From a virus, in IMG/VR virus record IMGVR_UViG_3300031521_000039, positions 1 to 64,000 of that record: 64,000 nt of DNA; one strand, given 5' to 3'. This document shows, piece after piece, positions 52,365 through 62,101 of this stretch. The notes beneath the pieces are model-generated. The model worked only from the letters and a program-made list of their open reading frames with translations. It was not told the DNA's origin and ran no database searches. Both the position numbers and the translations under genes were made by a program. How positions within the stretch are numbered: position 1 is the stretch's first letter; every line of letters begins with the position of its first letter.

Positions 52365-53519
52365 TTATTTATATTTTTCAACTAATCTATCCATAACATC
52401 CCAATCTAATGTGCAATATAATTCTTCTTCATATTCTATCTCATTACCTCGTCCTAATGTTTGTGTTTCAAAGAATACTAATCCTTTTGTGTCTTTTTTA
52501 TTTCTATTTATTTCATATCCTAAGTCAGCTTCATGCCAATATAAATATCTATCATTATCTGTATGAGTTGGATTTTCAGGACAAGTATTATGTAAGTATA
52601 AAGTATCGTTTAACATATCTAATGCTTCATCTAATTGGCTATTGTAATCATAGTCATCATCGTATCTATGGGTTAATTTCCCTTTAGCATCATAACCTAT
52701 ATCATTAATCTGAACACAACATATTGGAGGTTGACCTAGTAAAAATTTAATATCTTCTATTTTGTCATAGCTTGTACATTCAAATTTGGGTAGTTTAGGT
52801 GCTTTTCTAAATATTAATATATGTGTTTTTATAGTTGTTCCACTTGCTGAAAATGTTTCTGGTGGTAATTCTATATTAGCAATAAACCAACAATTATCCA
52901 ATATGAATTCTCTAACTTTTTTTAAGGCTGATTTATAACCAATTCCACTAGGTAAAATAAATATTCCATAACCACCTACTTTTAATGATTTAACTGCCAT
53001 TTCTAAAAAGAAAACATCACTATTAGCTTTGTATTTACCACTCTTTTTATCTAATTTGGTACAATCCCATTGTAAATCTCCTTCTACTGGTATATTAAAA
53101 GGAGGATTACTTATAATAGCATCGTAGTAATTTTCTCTGTAATGATTAATGGCACTATCATTTATTACTTCATGGTTTGTACAAATATTTAATATTTTAG
53201 CTGATACCTCATCAATTTCAACACAAGTTATTTTACTATCTTCTTTTATGTATTTAATTAAACTTCCACTACCAGCAGATGGTTCTAAAATTTTTGCTCC
53301 AACAGATAATTTAGGATTAATATAATCAGCTATAAATTTTGACACACATGATGGAGTAAAAAATTGTGCTAAACCGTCAACACCTAATACTGAACCATAT
53401 CCACTATAGTTTTCTTTTAATAATTGTTTCTCTTCTTCTGTAATCTGTTCTAGTGGCTTATGTATTATTGATATACATTCTTTGTTTTTCATTACTCTTT
53501 TTCTTTCATCTGAATTCAT
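52365..53519 (-). CDS. N6-adenine DNA methyltransferase (orphan)
   Basis: QFFTP, ILEPSAGSG, SNPPF. Confidence 0.9.
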   Translation of the reverse strand: MNSDERKRVMKNKECISIIHKPLEQITEEEKQLLKENYSGYGSVLGVDGLAQFFTPSCVSKFIADYINPKLSVGAKILEPSAGSGSLIKYIKEDSKITCVEIDEVSAKILNICTNHEVINDSAINHYRENYYDAIISNPPFNIPVEGDLQWDCTKLDKKSGKYKANSDVFFLEMAVKSLKVGGYGIFILPSGIGYKSALKKVREFILDNCWFIANIELPPETFSASGTTIKTHILIFRKAPKLPKFECTSYDKIEDIKFLLGQPPICCVQINDIGYDAKGKLTHRYDDDYDYNSQLDEALDMLNDTLYLHNTCPENPTHTDNDRYLYWHEADLGYEINRNKKDTKGLVFFETQTLGRGNEIEYEEELYCTLDWDVMDRLVEKYK

Positions 53520-53614
53520 TTCTTATAAAATCTCCTTTTTATTATATTTTATTTCTATTAATTTATTTAAATAAGACAAACATTTTCAATCTGCCTTATT
53601 TTCTTTATATGGTT

Positions 53615-54019
53615 TTATAAACCTAATTCTGACTTTAATTTATAATATAAGCTTAGTTTCTCCTGATAATTTTGTTCTTTCTGTTCTTCTTCTAGTTTTT
53701 CTTTCTCTTTCAAGTCTTTTAATATTTCGTTTATTTCTTCTTGTGTAAAAACTTTGCATTCCACTAAGTCGTCTGCAAAATCACTATTTCCATATTCTCC
53801 TCCATCACAATAAGCCATAAGCATTTGATATAAATCGTATGAATCTTTATAGCTGAATACTGGCTTATTCCAATGGGTATCTATTTCTAACTCCCAATAT
53901 AGGAACTCATTTTCATGTGTTATCATAAGACTCCCATTATATCCAAAACTCCAACATATGTATTTAATATTCTTACCTTTTAAATCTTGTAAGTGTTCTA
54001 ACATTTTTAAATTTACCAT
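53615..54019 (-). CDS. hypothetical protein
   Basis: SD AAGGA. Confidence 0.65.
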   Translation of the reverse strand: MVNLKMLEHLQDLKGKNIKYICWSFGYNGSLMITHENEFLYWELEIDTHWNKPVFSYKDSYDLYQMLMAYCDGGEYGNSDFADDLVECKVFTQEEINEILKDLKEKEKLEEEQKEQNYQEKLSLYYKLKSELGL

Positions 54020-54154
54020 AATAATTCCTTCTTTCTATTAATTTGTTAACCTCTTATTTATAATAACATCTTTGGAATAATAATGCAATATATATATTTC
54101 TATTAATTTATTATAAAAGAAAGGACAGAACTTTTACATTCTGCCTAACTCAAT

Positions 54155-54379
54155 TTATTTTATCTCTTTATTTTCTTGTTTATATATCTCAGTCATAAAG
54201 TAGTTATTTAACAATGCTAAAATAGTCCCTAATATAATTATAATGAATGATATTGAAATGGTATCACATCCAATAAATAGTTTAAATATTGTTGCAACTG
54301 TTAATACTGAACCAACAATATTAATAAAAGCACTTATCATGCAACCTAGTATTTTTAAAATGCGTTTTAATACTTTCAT
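54155..54379 (-). CDS. small two-TM membrane protein
   Basis: Two hydrophobic segments. Confidence 0.6.
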   Translation of the reverse strand: MKVLKRILKILGCMISAFINIVGSVLTVATIFKLFIGCDTISISFIIIILGTILALLNNYFMTEIYKQENKEIK

Positions 54380-54445
54380 AATTACATCTTCTTTCTCAGT
54401 AGTATTTAATTAATACTATTATGCTTGGATTAAATTTGTTGATTA

Positions 54446-54562
54446 TTATTCTTTATCTTCTTTTTTACTTTTTGAACTTGCAATAATTGCTTTGCATATA
54501 GGTTCTACTATACACATTCCTGTCATTAATATTATTAACATATAAAATGATAAATCTTCCAT
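54446..54562 (-). CDS. 38-aa membrane peptide
   Basis: Translated by hand: MEDLSFYMLIILMTGMCIVEPICKAIIASSKSKKEDKE; SD GGAAGG. Confidence 0.5.
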   Translation of the reverse strand: MEDLSFYMLIILMTGMCIVEPICKAIIASSKSKKEDKE

Positions 54563-54631
54563 AATTACACTACCTTCCTATTATGTATTAATTTATTGAA
54601 TTAACTTAAAAGTATGATTTTAAGTGGTTAT

Positions 54632-55015
54632 TTAGAAATCGAGCCTAGTGATAGCCTTATTCTTAGAACGCATACTAGTTAAAATAAGATATAATTCACT
54701 TGATTTTCTAATACCAGCAATCTTTTGACATATATCAGTCATTATTATTTGTTTTATACCAATTGAGTTTTCAAGAATGTCTCTTTCATGACAATATATT
54801 TGACATTGAACTCCATCTTCATTGAAATAGTAATATTTATCAACAATTTCCTTTTTATCTTTCTTAATTTCAGAGTTAAATTTTTTAAAAGTATTTGAAA
54901 TATCAATAAGAACTTCATCAATATTTCTTATATCTCCATTTGGTAGATGAGTTACAATATTAATTTTAGCTAGAACATCTTGTACATGTATTTATTTTAA
55001 AACTAATGCTAACAT
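54632..55015 (-). pseudogene. TMP-core-like mini gene with an in-frame TAA at codon 8
   Basis: ATG overlaps dUTPase stop; MLALVLK*IHVQDVLAKINIVTHLPNGDIRNIDEVLIDISNTF...IAGIRKSSEL, open for 119 further codons. Confidence 0.55.
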
Positions 55016-56170
55016 TATTTCACCCCCGTACTTGAATATCCACCCCTATTTACATCTCCAAGTTGTTCTACTATTTCAAATTCAACATTTTCCATAACTC
55101 TATCAACTACTTCAAATTGTAAGATTCTATCATCGTAGTTTATTTCTCCATTTTTAGTACACCAAACCATTGCTCCCCATTCATCATCATTTCCTTGGAA
55201 TTTATTATCTATTTGACCCACTGAATTAGTTAAAATAAATCCATAATTTTTAAACATTCCTGAACGTGGATAAACATTAGATTTCTTATTAGGTGGCATC
55301 TTCATTGCAAATCCCAATTTAAAGAATAAAGTATCTCCAAAGCTATATTTACAAGGGAAAGTTGTTTCTACTCCATTCTTGAACACTCTACTTACTCTAA
55401 GATCCACTAAGTCTCCACCATCAATCTTTTCCATAGGTGTAATATTTTTATCTATGTATCTTACTTGTAATTTCATTGGCTCTAATTGTTCTTCATTTTT
55501 ATTATTAAGAATAAGTCTTATAACATCATTTACAATATCACTATTGCCATTATAGAAAATATAAATAATTTTCTCTGCACAACCAGTAGTATAAGTTTCT
55601 ATTTTTTGAATCATTTTCATATTTGATAAACTACTATTTTTTGTTCCTAAGTCATTGCATAATAAGTCCATAGTATTAAATTCTAAATCTAGCTTATAGT
55701 TATCACCCACTTCTAAATTATCCATATTAGTATCTGATAACGGAACTTCAATTAATATTAATTTATCATTACCTAAACTTATTATATTTGTCTCGTATAT
55801 GTAATCAATTAAAAATTCCTTATTATTAATTTTAACAGTTATATTTGGAACACTTGGTGTTATATATTTTGTTTGAACTTTATCTATGATTTCTGCCTTC
55901 ATATGTTCTAGTGTTTCCTTATTATTAAAATCCATTGTATATCCTTCTTCTATATCAATTGTTGATTTAATTTTATTATTCATTCTAAACTCTCCTTCTA
56001 ATTCATCTATAATTTTTCTAATTTCTTCTTGATATAGACCGTTAAAAAACCATGAGTATTGAGAGTTTTCATTAGCTTGTCTATATATTATTTCAGCTTT
56101 GCAGATAGTTAATAATTCTGTTATTGATTTTTCATGATAATATTCTTTAAGTTTGTTTATATTGTCATTC
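55015..56170 (-). CDS. dut: trimeric dUTPase with long N-terminal extension
   Basis: DLVDL, PRSG, NSVGQID..G, ILQF, RGGYSSTG in the C-terminal ~150 aa; additional in-frame SD+ATG at 55983. Confidence 0.85.
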
Positions 56171-56282
56171 ATTTTTAATCTCTCCTTTGATTTATTTCGT
56201 TTTGGCGACTGCACTTGTGAATAAGTGTATTGGTTAAATTGATAATTGGTAATACATGGTAAAATGTAGCAATTTAGCAGGT

Positions 56283-56480
56283 TTATTTTGCTTCATATAT
56301 TGCTATATGTGTAGGGTTATAATCATTTTCATCAACTTCATAAATCATATCGTTCCATTCAAAATATGGATATCCTGTTTGCTTTACTAATTCAAAGAAA
56401 ATATTTATGTTTCCTATAAATATGTATTTAGATAATAATATTTCTTCCTTTTTAATATTTGTTTGTGGTTTTATATTCAT
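56283..56480 (-). CDS. hypothetical protein
   Basis: SD AAGGAG. Confidence 0.6.
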   Translation of the reverse strand: MNIKPQTNIKKEEILLSKYIFIGNINIFFELVKQTGYPYFEWNDMIYEVDENDYNPTHIAIYEAK

Positions 56481-56699
56481 TACAATCTCTCCTTTTTCAC
56501 CATTCTATTATTTTATTAACTGACAATAAAATATCTGTTTTAATAGAATATTTAGTTTTTAACCTAGCCTATAGCCCCATTCTTAAAATTGATTTTTTGT
56601 ATTTTTAGTAATTTTGACGAATTTCACTATAGTTGCTTTAGATTTAATTTTTCTTGGAATTTTCGATATTTACTTTTAAAATCAATCCTAGAGCGTTTT

Positions 56700-57170
56700 T
56701 TAATAATCTAATCCCTTTTTATAAATATGTTGATTTGAAGTTGCAAGTTTCACGTTATATTGTAAATTATTGTCACATCTTAATTCTTCTATATACCTTC
56801 CTGTTTTTATATAATCACATAATTCTAATTCAAATTTAGGACAGTCTTTTAAATCATATCTAGTAAATAACCATATTGGTTTATTTAATGTTTTTAAATC
56901 TCTTAACATTTGTTCTAATTCGATATGATTTTGGTCATTAACTTCTCCTCCAAATATCTGTATTGAAGTTATCATATTATTAAAATCTTGAACTTTAGTT
57001 TTTATATTCTCAAAATACACCTTATTATATAAATCTCCCTCGTTAAAGTTCCAAGACTCAGGATTATGGCAGTTGGGGCAATGACCTAATTTGCCATCAC
57101 CCTTGCAACCTGCTACATATATTTCTAAGGCTCGTCTACTTAAAGTATATTGAGTGGCTAATACATTCAA
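56700..57170 (-). CDS. nrdG: anaerobic RNR activating radical-SAM enzyme
   Basis: YVAGC..HCPNCHNPESW, GGE, DYIKTGRY, LATSNQ; directly after nrdD. Confidence 0.85.
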   Translation of the reverse strand: MNVLATQYTLSRRALEIYVAGCKGDGKLGHCPNCHNPESWNFNEGDLYNKVYFENIKTKVQDFNNMITSIQIFGGEVNDQNHIELEQMLRDLKTLNKPIWLFTRYDLKDCPKFELELCDYIKTGRYIEELRCDNNLQYNVKLATSNQHIYKKGLDY

Positions 57171-59096
57171 TTATTTACTAGCCTTACCTATAGAATCTGA
57201 ATTGTACATTTGTCTATTTGGAGCATCTTCTTCTCTTCTAACTTTGTGCCAGTTCTTAATATTAGTTAAGAAGCCAACTACTCTTGTATAAAAATCTTCA
57301 ATTTCAGCACCACATATAGGACAAATATGGTCTGAACCTACTGTCATATGACCATTAGCACATTTTCTTAACATATAATTAATTGCAAAATATATTACTC
57401 CTTGCTTTGCACATGTTTCAATTAATAACTTCATATCTTCTACATTGTCTAGTCTTTCATCACAAGATATATGCATTATTGAACCACCAGAAAAATATTT
57501 ATCAAATGTTCCTTGAAGTCTTATTCTATCTAGTAAATCTGCATTTACTATTAATGGTATAAATTGATTAGAATACAAGTTATATTCTGTTTGGTACTTT
57601 AATAGTTGGTCTTTTGATGCTAATTTAATTGATACATTTTCTGCTGGAATTTGCTCACAATTATGAGGAGTTTTAAATCTCTTTTGCATTTTGTCATTAA
57701 CTGTATTTATTATATTAATGATTTCTAACCCTAATTGCATTCCATTCTCTGTTTTAATATCTTCTCCTAAATATGATATTGCTTCATTAAATCCATTAAT
57801 TCCACAAGTTGAGTATTGAGTATTAATATCTACAAATCCTAAGTCATATAATGGGTGATTTCCATTATCTATTCTTTTTTGAACTATTTTTCTTTTTGTA
57901 TGATTAATTTTTGCACACATCTCAACTAATAAAGCTAATTCTTTTTTAAATTCTTCTTTATCATTTTGATATTTTATTGATAATCTAGGTAAATTAATTG
58001 TACAAACTCCTAAACTACCAATTTTACTTGAACCACTTCCAAAACTATTAAAATATTCATTAGTAGTTTCACTACGAAGTCTACAACAAGAAGATAATGT
58101 GCTAGTCTTACCCATATACATGTTTATAAAAGCAAATTTCATATTCTTTTCTGCTATATAATTAACAAAACCTATATCTTGTAATTCTTGATTATCATTT
58201 ATACTAAAACAAGCTGTTGTAACAGGAAAAGTTATTGGGGTTCTTTCTTGTTCTCTATTCATAATATCTAAATATAAATTTTGCATCTTTTTAACTATTT
58301 CTCTATCAGGATGACTACCATCTGGAAATATGTAATCATTAATCATCTTATCTAAGAATCTACCATCATAAATTGATACATTAGTAAATGGGGATTGATT
58401 CCCTCTCATTGGTTGGTTTATTGTATATATAAATGATGTTAATTGTGAGTCAACATAGTTCCAACAATCTTCTTCTGTCATAAAAGAAAAATGTTCATCT
58501 CTTTTATTTTCTATTATATTTTTAACATAGTAACTCATTACAACTAATAAATCTGCTAGTCCACAAGCTCCTAATGTTGAATTACTTGCAACTACTACGA
58601 ATTGTTCTAATTGAGATTTGAATGCAGTTAGATATTTAGGTGGTACACTATGTATTTTTTTAACCATACTAAGTCCATTCATCATAATGTCATATGTAGA
58701 ATAATTATAACAATATGGTAATCCACCTCCTACGCCTATAAAATCATTTATGTAAATATCACCAACTAAATTCTTTTCTACAACTTCATTTGCAAATCCT
58801 AGTCCATATAAAGCTTTAGATTCTTTCCACATCATATAGTAACTGTTTATCTTTTCAAAAGGTTTTTTCAATTCAGTTGAATAACTAATTACTGAAACAT
58901 CATCTACATTACTATTTTGATCTACAGATATATCTGTAGTAGTTTTTACTTTTTTACTAAAGAATCCTTTTGAAAATTTAGCTAAGTCTAACTGTGCCCC
59001 TATTCCATCCATATCAAATAACTCACTTGGATATTTACCTCTTAGATACATCATTAAATCATCGAATTCTCTTTCATAGCTTGTGTTAATATACAT
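57171..59096 (-). CDS. nrdD: class III anaerobic ribonucleoside-triphosphate reductase (no ATP cone)
   Basis: QSPFTN, TFPV, SSCCRL finger loop, TINLPR, PAEN, GGS, CPICG..YTRVVGFL glycyl-radical motif. Confidence 0.95.
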   Translation of the reverse strand: MYINTSYEREFDDLMMYLRGKYPSELFDMDGIGAQLDLAKFSKGFFSKKVKTTTDISVDQNSNVDDVSVISYSTELKKPFEKINSYYMMWKESKALYGLGFANEVVEKNLVGDIYINDFIGVGGGLPYCYNYSTYDIMMNGLSMVKKIHSVPPKYLTAFKSQLEQFVVVASNSTLGACGLADLLVVMSYYVKNIIENKRDEHFSFMTEEDCWNYVDSQLTSFIYTINQPMRGNQSPFTNVSIYDGRFLDKMINDYIFPDGSHPDREIVKKMQNLYLDIMNREQERTPITFPVTTACFSINDNQELQDIGFVNYIAEKNMKFAFINMYMGKTSTLSSCCRLRSETTNEYFNSFGSGSSKIGSLGVCTINLPRLSIKYQNDKEEFKKELALLVEMCAKINHTKRKIVQKRIDNGNHPLYDLGFVDINTQYSTCGINGFNEAISYLGEDIKTENGMQLGLEIINIINTVNDKMQKRFKTPHNCEQIPAENVSIKLASKDQLLKYQTEYNLYSNQFIPLIVNADLLDRIRLQGTFDKYFSGGSIMHISCDERLDNVEDMKLLIETCAKQGVIYFAINYMLRKCANGHMTVGSDHICPICGAEIEDFYTRVVGFLTNIKNWHKVRREEDAPNRQMYNSDSIGKASK

Positions 59097-59112
59097 TTAT
59101 ACATCTCTCCTT

Positions 59113-59334
59113 CTAGTTGTTTATTACTTCTTGTAAAGTTTTTAATTTATTATCAACCACTATTAATGGTAATGATAGCATGTCGTTTTCTTGTGCTAAT
59201 TTTATATATTTATCTTGTTCTTCTTGTGGTAATTCATTTAATAATTTATATTCAAACTCCATACCTTTATTTGTTAGAACTGTTTTAGTCATGTTACAAG
59301 CTGAACAATTTTGTTTTCCTATTAATAAAATCAT
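59113..59334 (-). CDS. NrdH/glutaredoxin-like protein
   Basis: CSAC motif and LSLP cis-Pro; adjacent to nrdD. Confidence 0.85.
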   Translation of the reverse strand: MILLIGKQNCSACNMTKTVLTNKGMEFEYKLLNELPQEEQDKYIKLAQENDMLSLPLIVVDNKLKTLQEVINN

Positions 59335-59508
59335 TTAAATTTCCTCCTTAATATAAAGTCCACATATGCAAATATCTTTCTCTCTTTTGTCTTTGCAAGG
59401 ACATTTAGTATCCTCATTTTCAATAATCATACATGGACAATATTTGTTATTTGCTAATACTTTCATTGCTACTTCTTTTCTTTTTTTAATGTCTGGATTT
59501 AATATCAT
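59335..59508 (-). CDS. minimal ferredoxin-thioredoxin reductase catalytic-subunit-like protein (57 aa)
   Basis: Translated by hand: ..YCPCM..TKCPCK..ICICGLY (CPC/CPC/CxC signature); stop abuts the glutaredoxin ATG. Confidence 0.8.
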   Translation of the reverse strand: MILNPDIKKRKEVAMKVLANNKYCPCMIIENEDTKCPCKDKREKDICICGLYIKEEI

Positions 59509-59551
59509 TGACATCTTTCAAATCACTCTCTTTCTATTTTGTTATATTAAT

Positions 59552-60319
59552 TTATTTAAAATGACTTTCAGTAAGTAGATTATTACTTAGTAAAAATGCT
59601 TTAAGCTCTACTTTAATTTCTTGGATATCATTATATTTACCCATATCAAATACAGGAATATCATATGCTTTAGCTATTCTAATTGCTTGTCCTGTACCTC
59701 CACTACCTTTACCTTTCTTAGTCCAACATATAACAAATGCTGAAGGTGTTTCTAAATCTTGCCCTAATACTTGATGACTGTTTCTAGCTTGTAATTTTTG
59801 AGCACCTTGTTTTAAATTAAACCAATAAGGATGATATTTTTGTGCTATTTCAAAAGCTTTAGGATTAGATACTATTAACTTTGAATCAGAATTTTGAAAT
59901 CCACTCCAAGGTAAATATATTTCTTTATCACCATTAACTTTATCACATCCATTTTCAAATGCTTTATCTGAACCGTCAGCACCACCAGAACGTAATTTGA
60001 ATCCTTTGTTAGCAAAATATGTACCTAGACTTTCAAATAGTTCTAATATTTCTTGTGGTGTTTCTCTTGAACCTATTCCTGCATAATATATATTCATTAT
60101 ATTATTATCGCCTAATGTATATTTATTGTCATTTGATATAATAGTAGGCATTTCATATGTTATTCCATTTGCTTCAAATCTTAGCATATGTGTGTTAACA
60201 TTTTTATTTGAAAACTCATCTAAAACTTTATCAGTTTGTTCTTGTTCCATTCCACTAGCTTCGTCAATAATTCCTTGTTGAGACTTAGCTCTTAGACCTC
60301 TAACCATTTTATCATCCAT
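59552..60319 (-). CDS. SLOG/DprA-like nucleotide-binding protein with N-terminal extension
   Basis: YAGIGSRETP, LRSGGADGSD, ARNSHQVLG, SGGTGQAIRIA. Confidence 0.8.
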   Translation of the reverse strand: MDDKMVRGLRAKSQQGIIDEASGMEQEQTDKVLDEFSNKNVNTHMLRFEANGITYEMPTIISNDNKYTLGDNNIMNIYYAGIGSRETPQEILELFESLGTYFANKGFKLRSGGADGSDKAFENGCDKVNGDKEIYLPWSGFQNSDSKLIVSNPKAFEIAQKYHPYWFNLKQGAQKLQARNSHQVLGQDLETPSAFVICWTKKGKGSGGTGQAIRIAKAYDIPVFDMGKYNDIQEIKVELKAFLLSNNLLTESHFK

Positions 60320-60321
60320 AA

Positions 60322-60624
60322 TTATAATTCAACTCCTTTACATATATTTTTATATTTATCTATATTGTTGTTTCTAACAGTCATTTGTTTTACATTATCA
60401 AGCATTACATTACGTGCATCAGCAAATTGACTAAAGAAATCATTCTTTTCTAGTTCCTTATTTACTTCTTCTGTTATTGTTTTATATATTTTAGATTTAT
60501 TACTCACAAATTGTTTATATACTTGCTTAGTATGTATTTTCTTTCCTAAGTATGGAATCTTATGATACCATTTATCTTTAATAGTAACCATGTCTCTTAA
60601 TTCTTGTTCTTTACATTTATCCAT
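60322..60624 (-). CDS. hypothetical protein with a major-capsid-like segment
   Basis: SD AGGAG; NKSKIYKTITEE..NDFFSQFADARNV. Confidence 0.65.
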   Translation of the reverse strand: MDKCKEQELRDMVTIKDKWYHKIPYLGKKIHTKQVYKQFVSNKSKIYKTITEEVNKELEKNDFFSQFADARNVMLDNVKQMTVRNNNIDKYKNICKGVEL

Positions 60625-60643
60625 TGAAAATTCTCCTTTTTAT

Positions 60644-61006
60644 TTATTCTTCATCTTCAAATTCTTCAAAATCCTCTTGTTGTTCCTTAATAATATTCCT
60701 GAATATCTTCTTATTTAAAATTTTCTCATCAATAGTCTCATCTAATTTAGACAATCCTTTTATCAATTCCATTTTATATTCAAGTTCTTTCTTGGCATGT
60801 TCACAATCACATCTAGTAGGTGATACCCATTGAGTTTGATTGTTTATTTTAAAGATTCTCCATTCATCAGATTCCACTTCATTATCACAGTATATACATA
60901 TATCATAGCCATCAGGATTTTTATATGTTCTTGATGATAGCAAATCTTTTAAATTAATGTATCCAGTTTCTAACTTATAATATTTTTTCATTTTATTATC
61001 ACACAT
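60644..61006 (-). CDS. hypothetical Zn-finger protein
   Basis: CIYC..CDC. Confidence 0.65.
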   Translation of the reverse strand: MCDNKMKKYYKLETGYINLKDLLSSRTYKNPDGYDICIYCDNEVESDEWRIFKINNQTQWVSPTRCDCEHAKKELEYKMELIKGLSKLDETIDEKILNKKIFRNIIKEQQEDFEEFEDEE

Positions 61007-61120
61007 TCTTTCTTATATTAATTTATTAACTCTTGATAAAATCAGCATTTCATTGTATTATTCAACCTCTGTATGCTAGTGATAGACCCATTGTTATTTT
61101 TTATCTTTTATGAAAATTGG

Positions 61121-62038
61121 TTATTTCGCTTCAATAAATTCTATACTACCAACTATATTTCCAGCTTTAAATTCTTTATATGATTTGAATAATTTAACCT
61201 TCATTATTCTATCATGTGAAAGTTCCCCTACGCCTCCTATTATTTTTACACCACCACATCCCATTACAAAAGCTTTATTATACGAATTTCTTGCAATTAC
61301 ATTTTCTCCAGTATATACATTATTTATATATGTTTTTACGGTATCGCCAATATGTAATGGTATTAAATCAATATCTACTATTCCAGCATCTTCTCCCACA
61401 ATACTTTCTTCAAACATTTTTAGAGTAAGTTTAACTTTATTTTCTTTTAGATACCATTTACCTTCTTGCAAAGCCTTATGAGAATTACTATACTTTGATA
61501 ATACTTCTAAGATTTTATTAAATGTGCCATTGAAATTATTATCTCTAAACTTTAACATAAATTCTGCAAATTGATTTTCATTTACTATATCACATACTTT
61601 AGCAAAAGATATAGATTCTTCATCTAATTTTATATATGTAGTATTTAGCCATCTTTCACAAAAAATGATTGGTGCTAATTTATTTTCTTTTACAACAGAG
61701 ATATGTTTATTCTCACCTCCACTTATTTGTAATATGTTTTCTGATTTTGTATCTTTAAATTTTGTTCCTTCCTTAAAATTTAATATTTCTGATAATTTGT
61801 ATATATCGTTTGTATTGTCATATGCAATTTCATCATTATCGTCATCAACAAACCATCCTAAATCATAAGTATGTTCTTCTCCAATATCATCTAAAATTGT
61901 AACTAAAGTGTTGAATCTATTATATTTATAAAATTCTGCTTTAATAATCGTATGTGACTTCTTTCCAGTAAGTGGTGTTCCTTGATATATTAAATTTTTA
62001 CCTACTAATTCTTTTCTTATTTTATCTGTTATTATCAT
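61121..62038 (-). CDS. hypothetical protein
   Basis: 305-aa ORF, SD AAGGAG. Confidence 0.7.
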   Translation of the reverse strand: MIITDKIRKELVGKNLIYQGTPLTGKKSHTIIKAEFYKYNRFNTLVTILDDIGEEHTYDLGWFVDDDNDEIAYDNTNDIYKLSEILNFKEGTKFKDTKSENILQISGGENKHISVVKENKLAPIIFCERWLNTTYIKLDEESISFAKVCDIVNENQFAEFMLKFRDNNFNGTFNKILEVLSKYSNSHKALQEGKWYLKENKVKLTLKMFEESIVGEDAGIVDIDLIPLHIGDTVKTYINNVYTGENVIARNSYNKAFVMGCGGVKIIGGVGELSHDRIMKVKLFKSYKEFKAGNIVGSIEFIEAK

Positions 62039-62101
62039 TTTTCATTTTCTCCTTTATATTTAGTTATATTAATTTGTTAAATTTCAGTTAAAACTATTCT
62101 T

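Noticed and set aside
52365-53519. Complete restriction-modification system
   Set aside because: No adjacent restriction or specificity subunit is recognisable; an orphan methyltransferase is ordinary for such phages.
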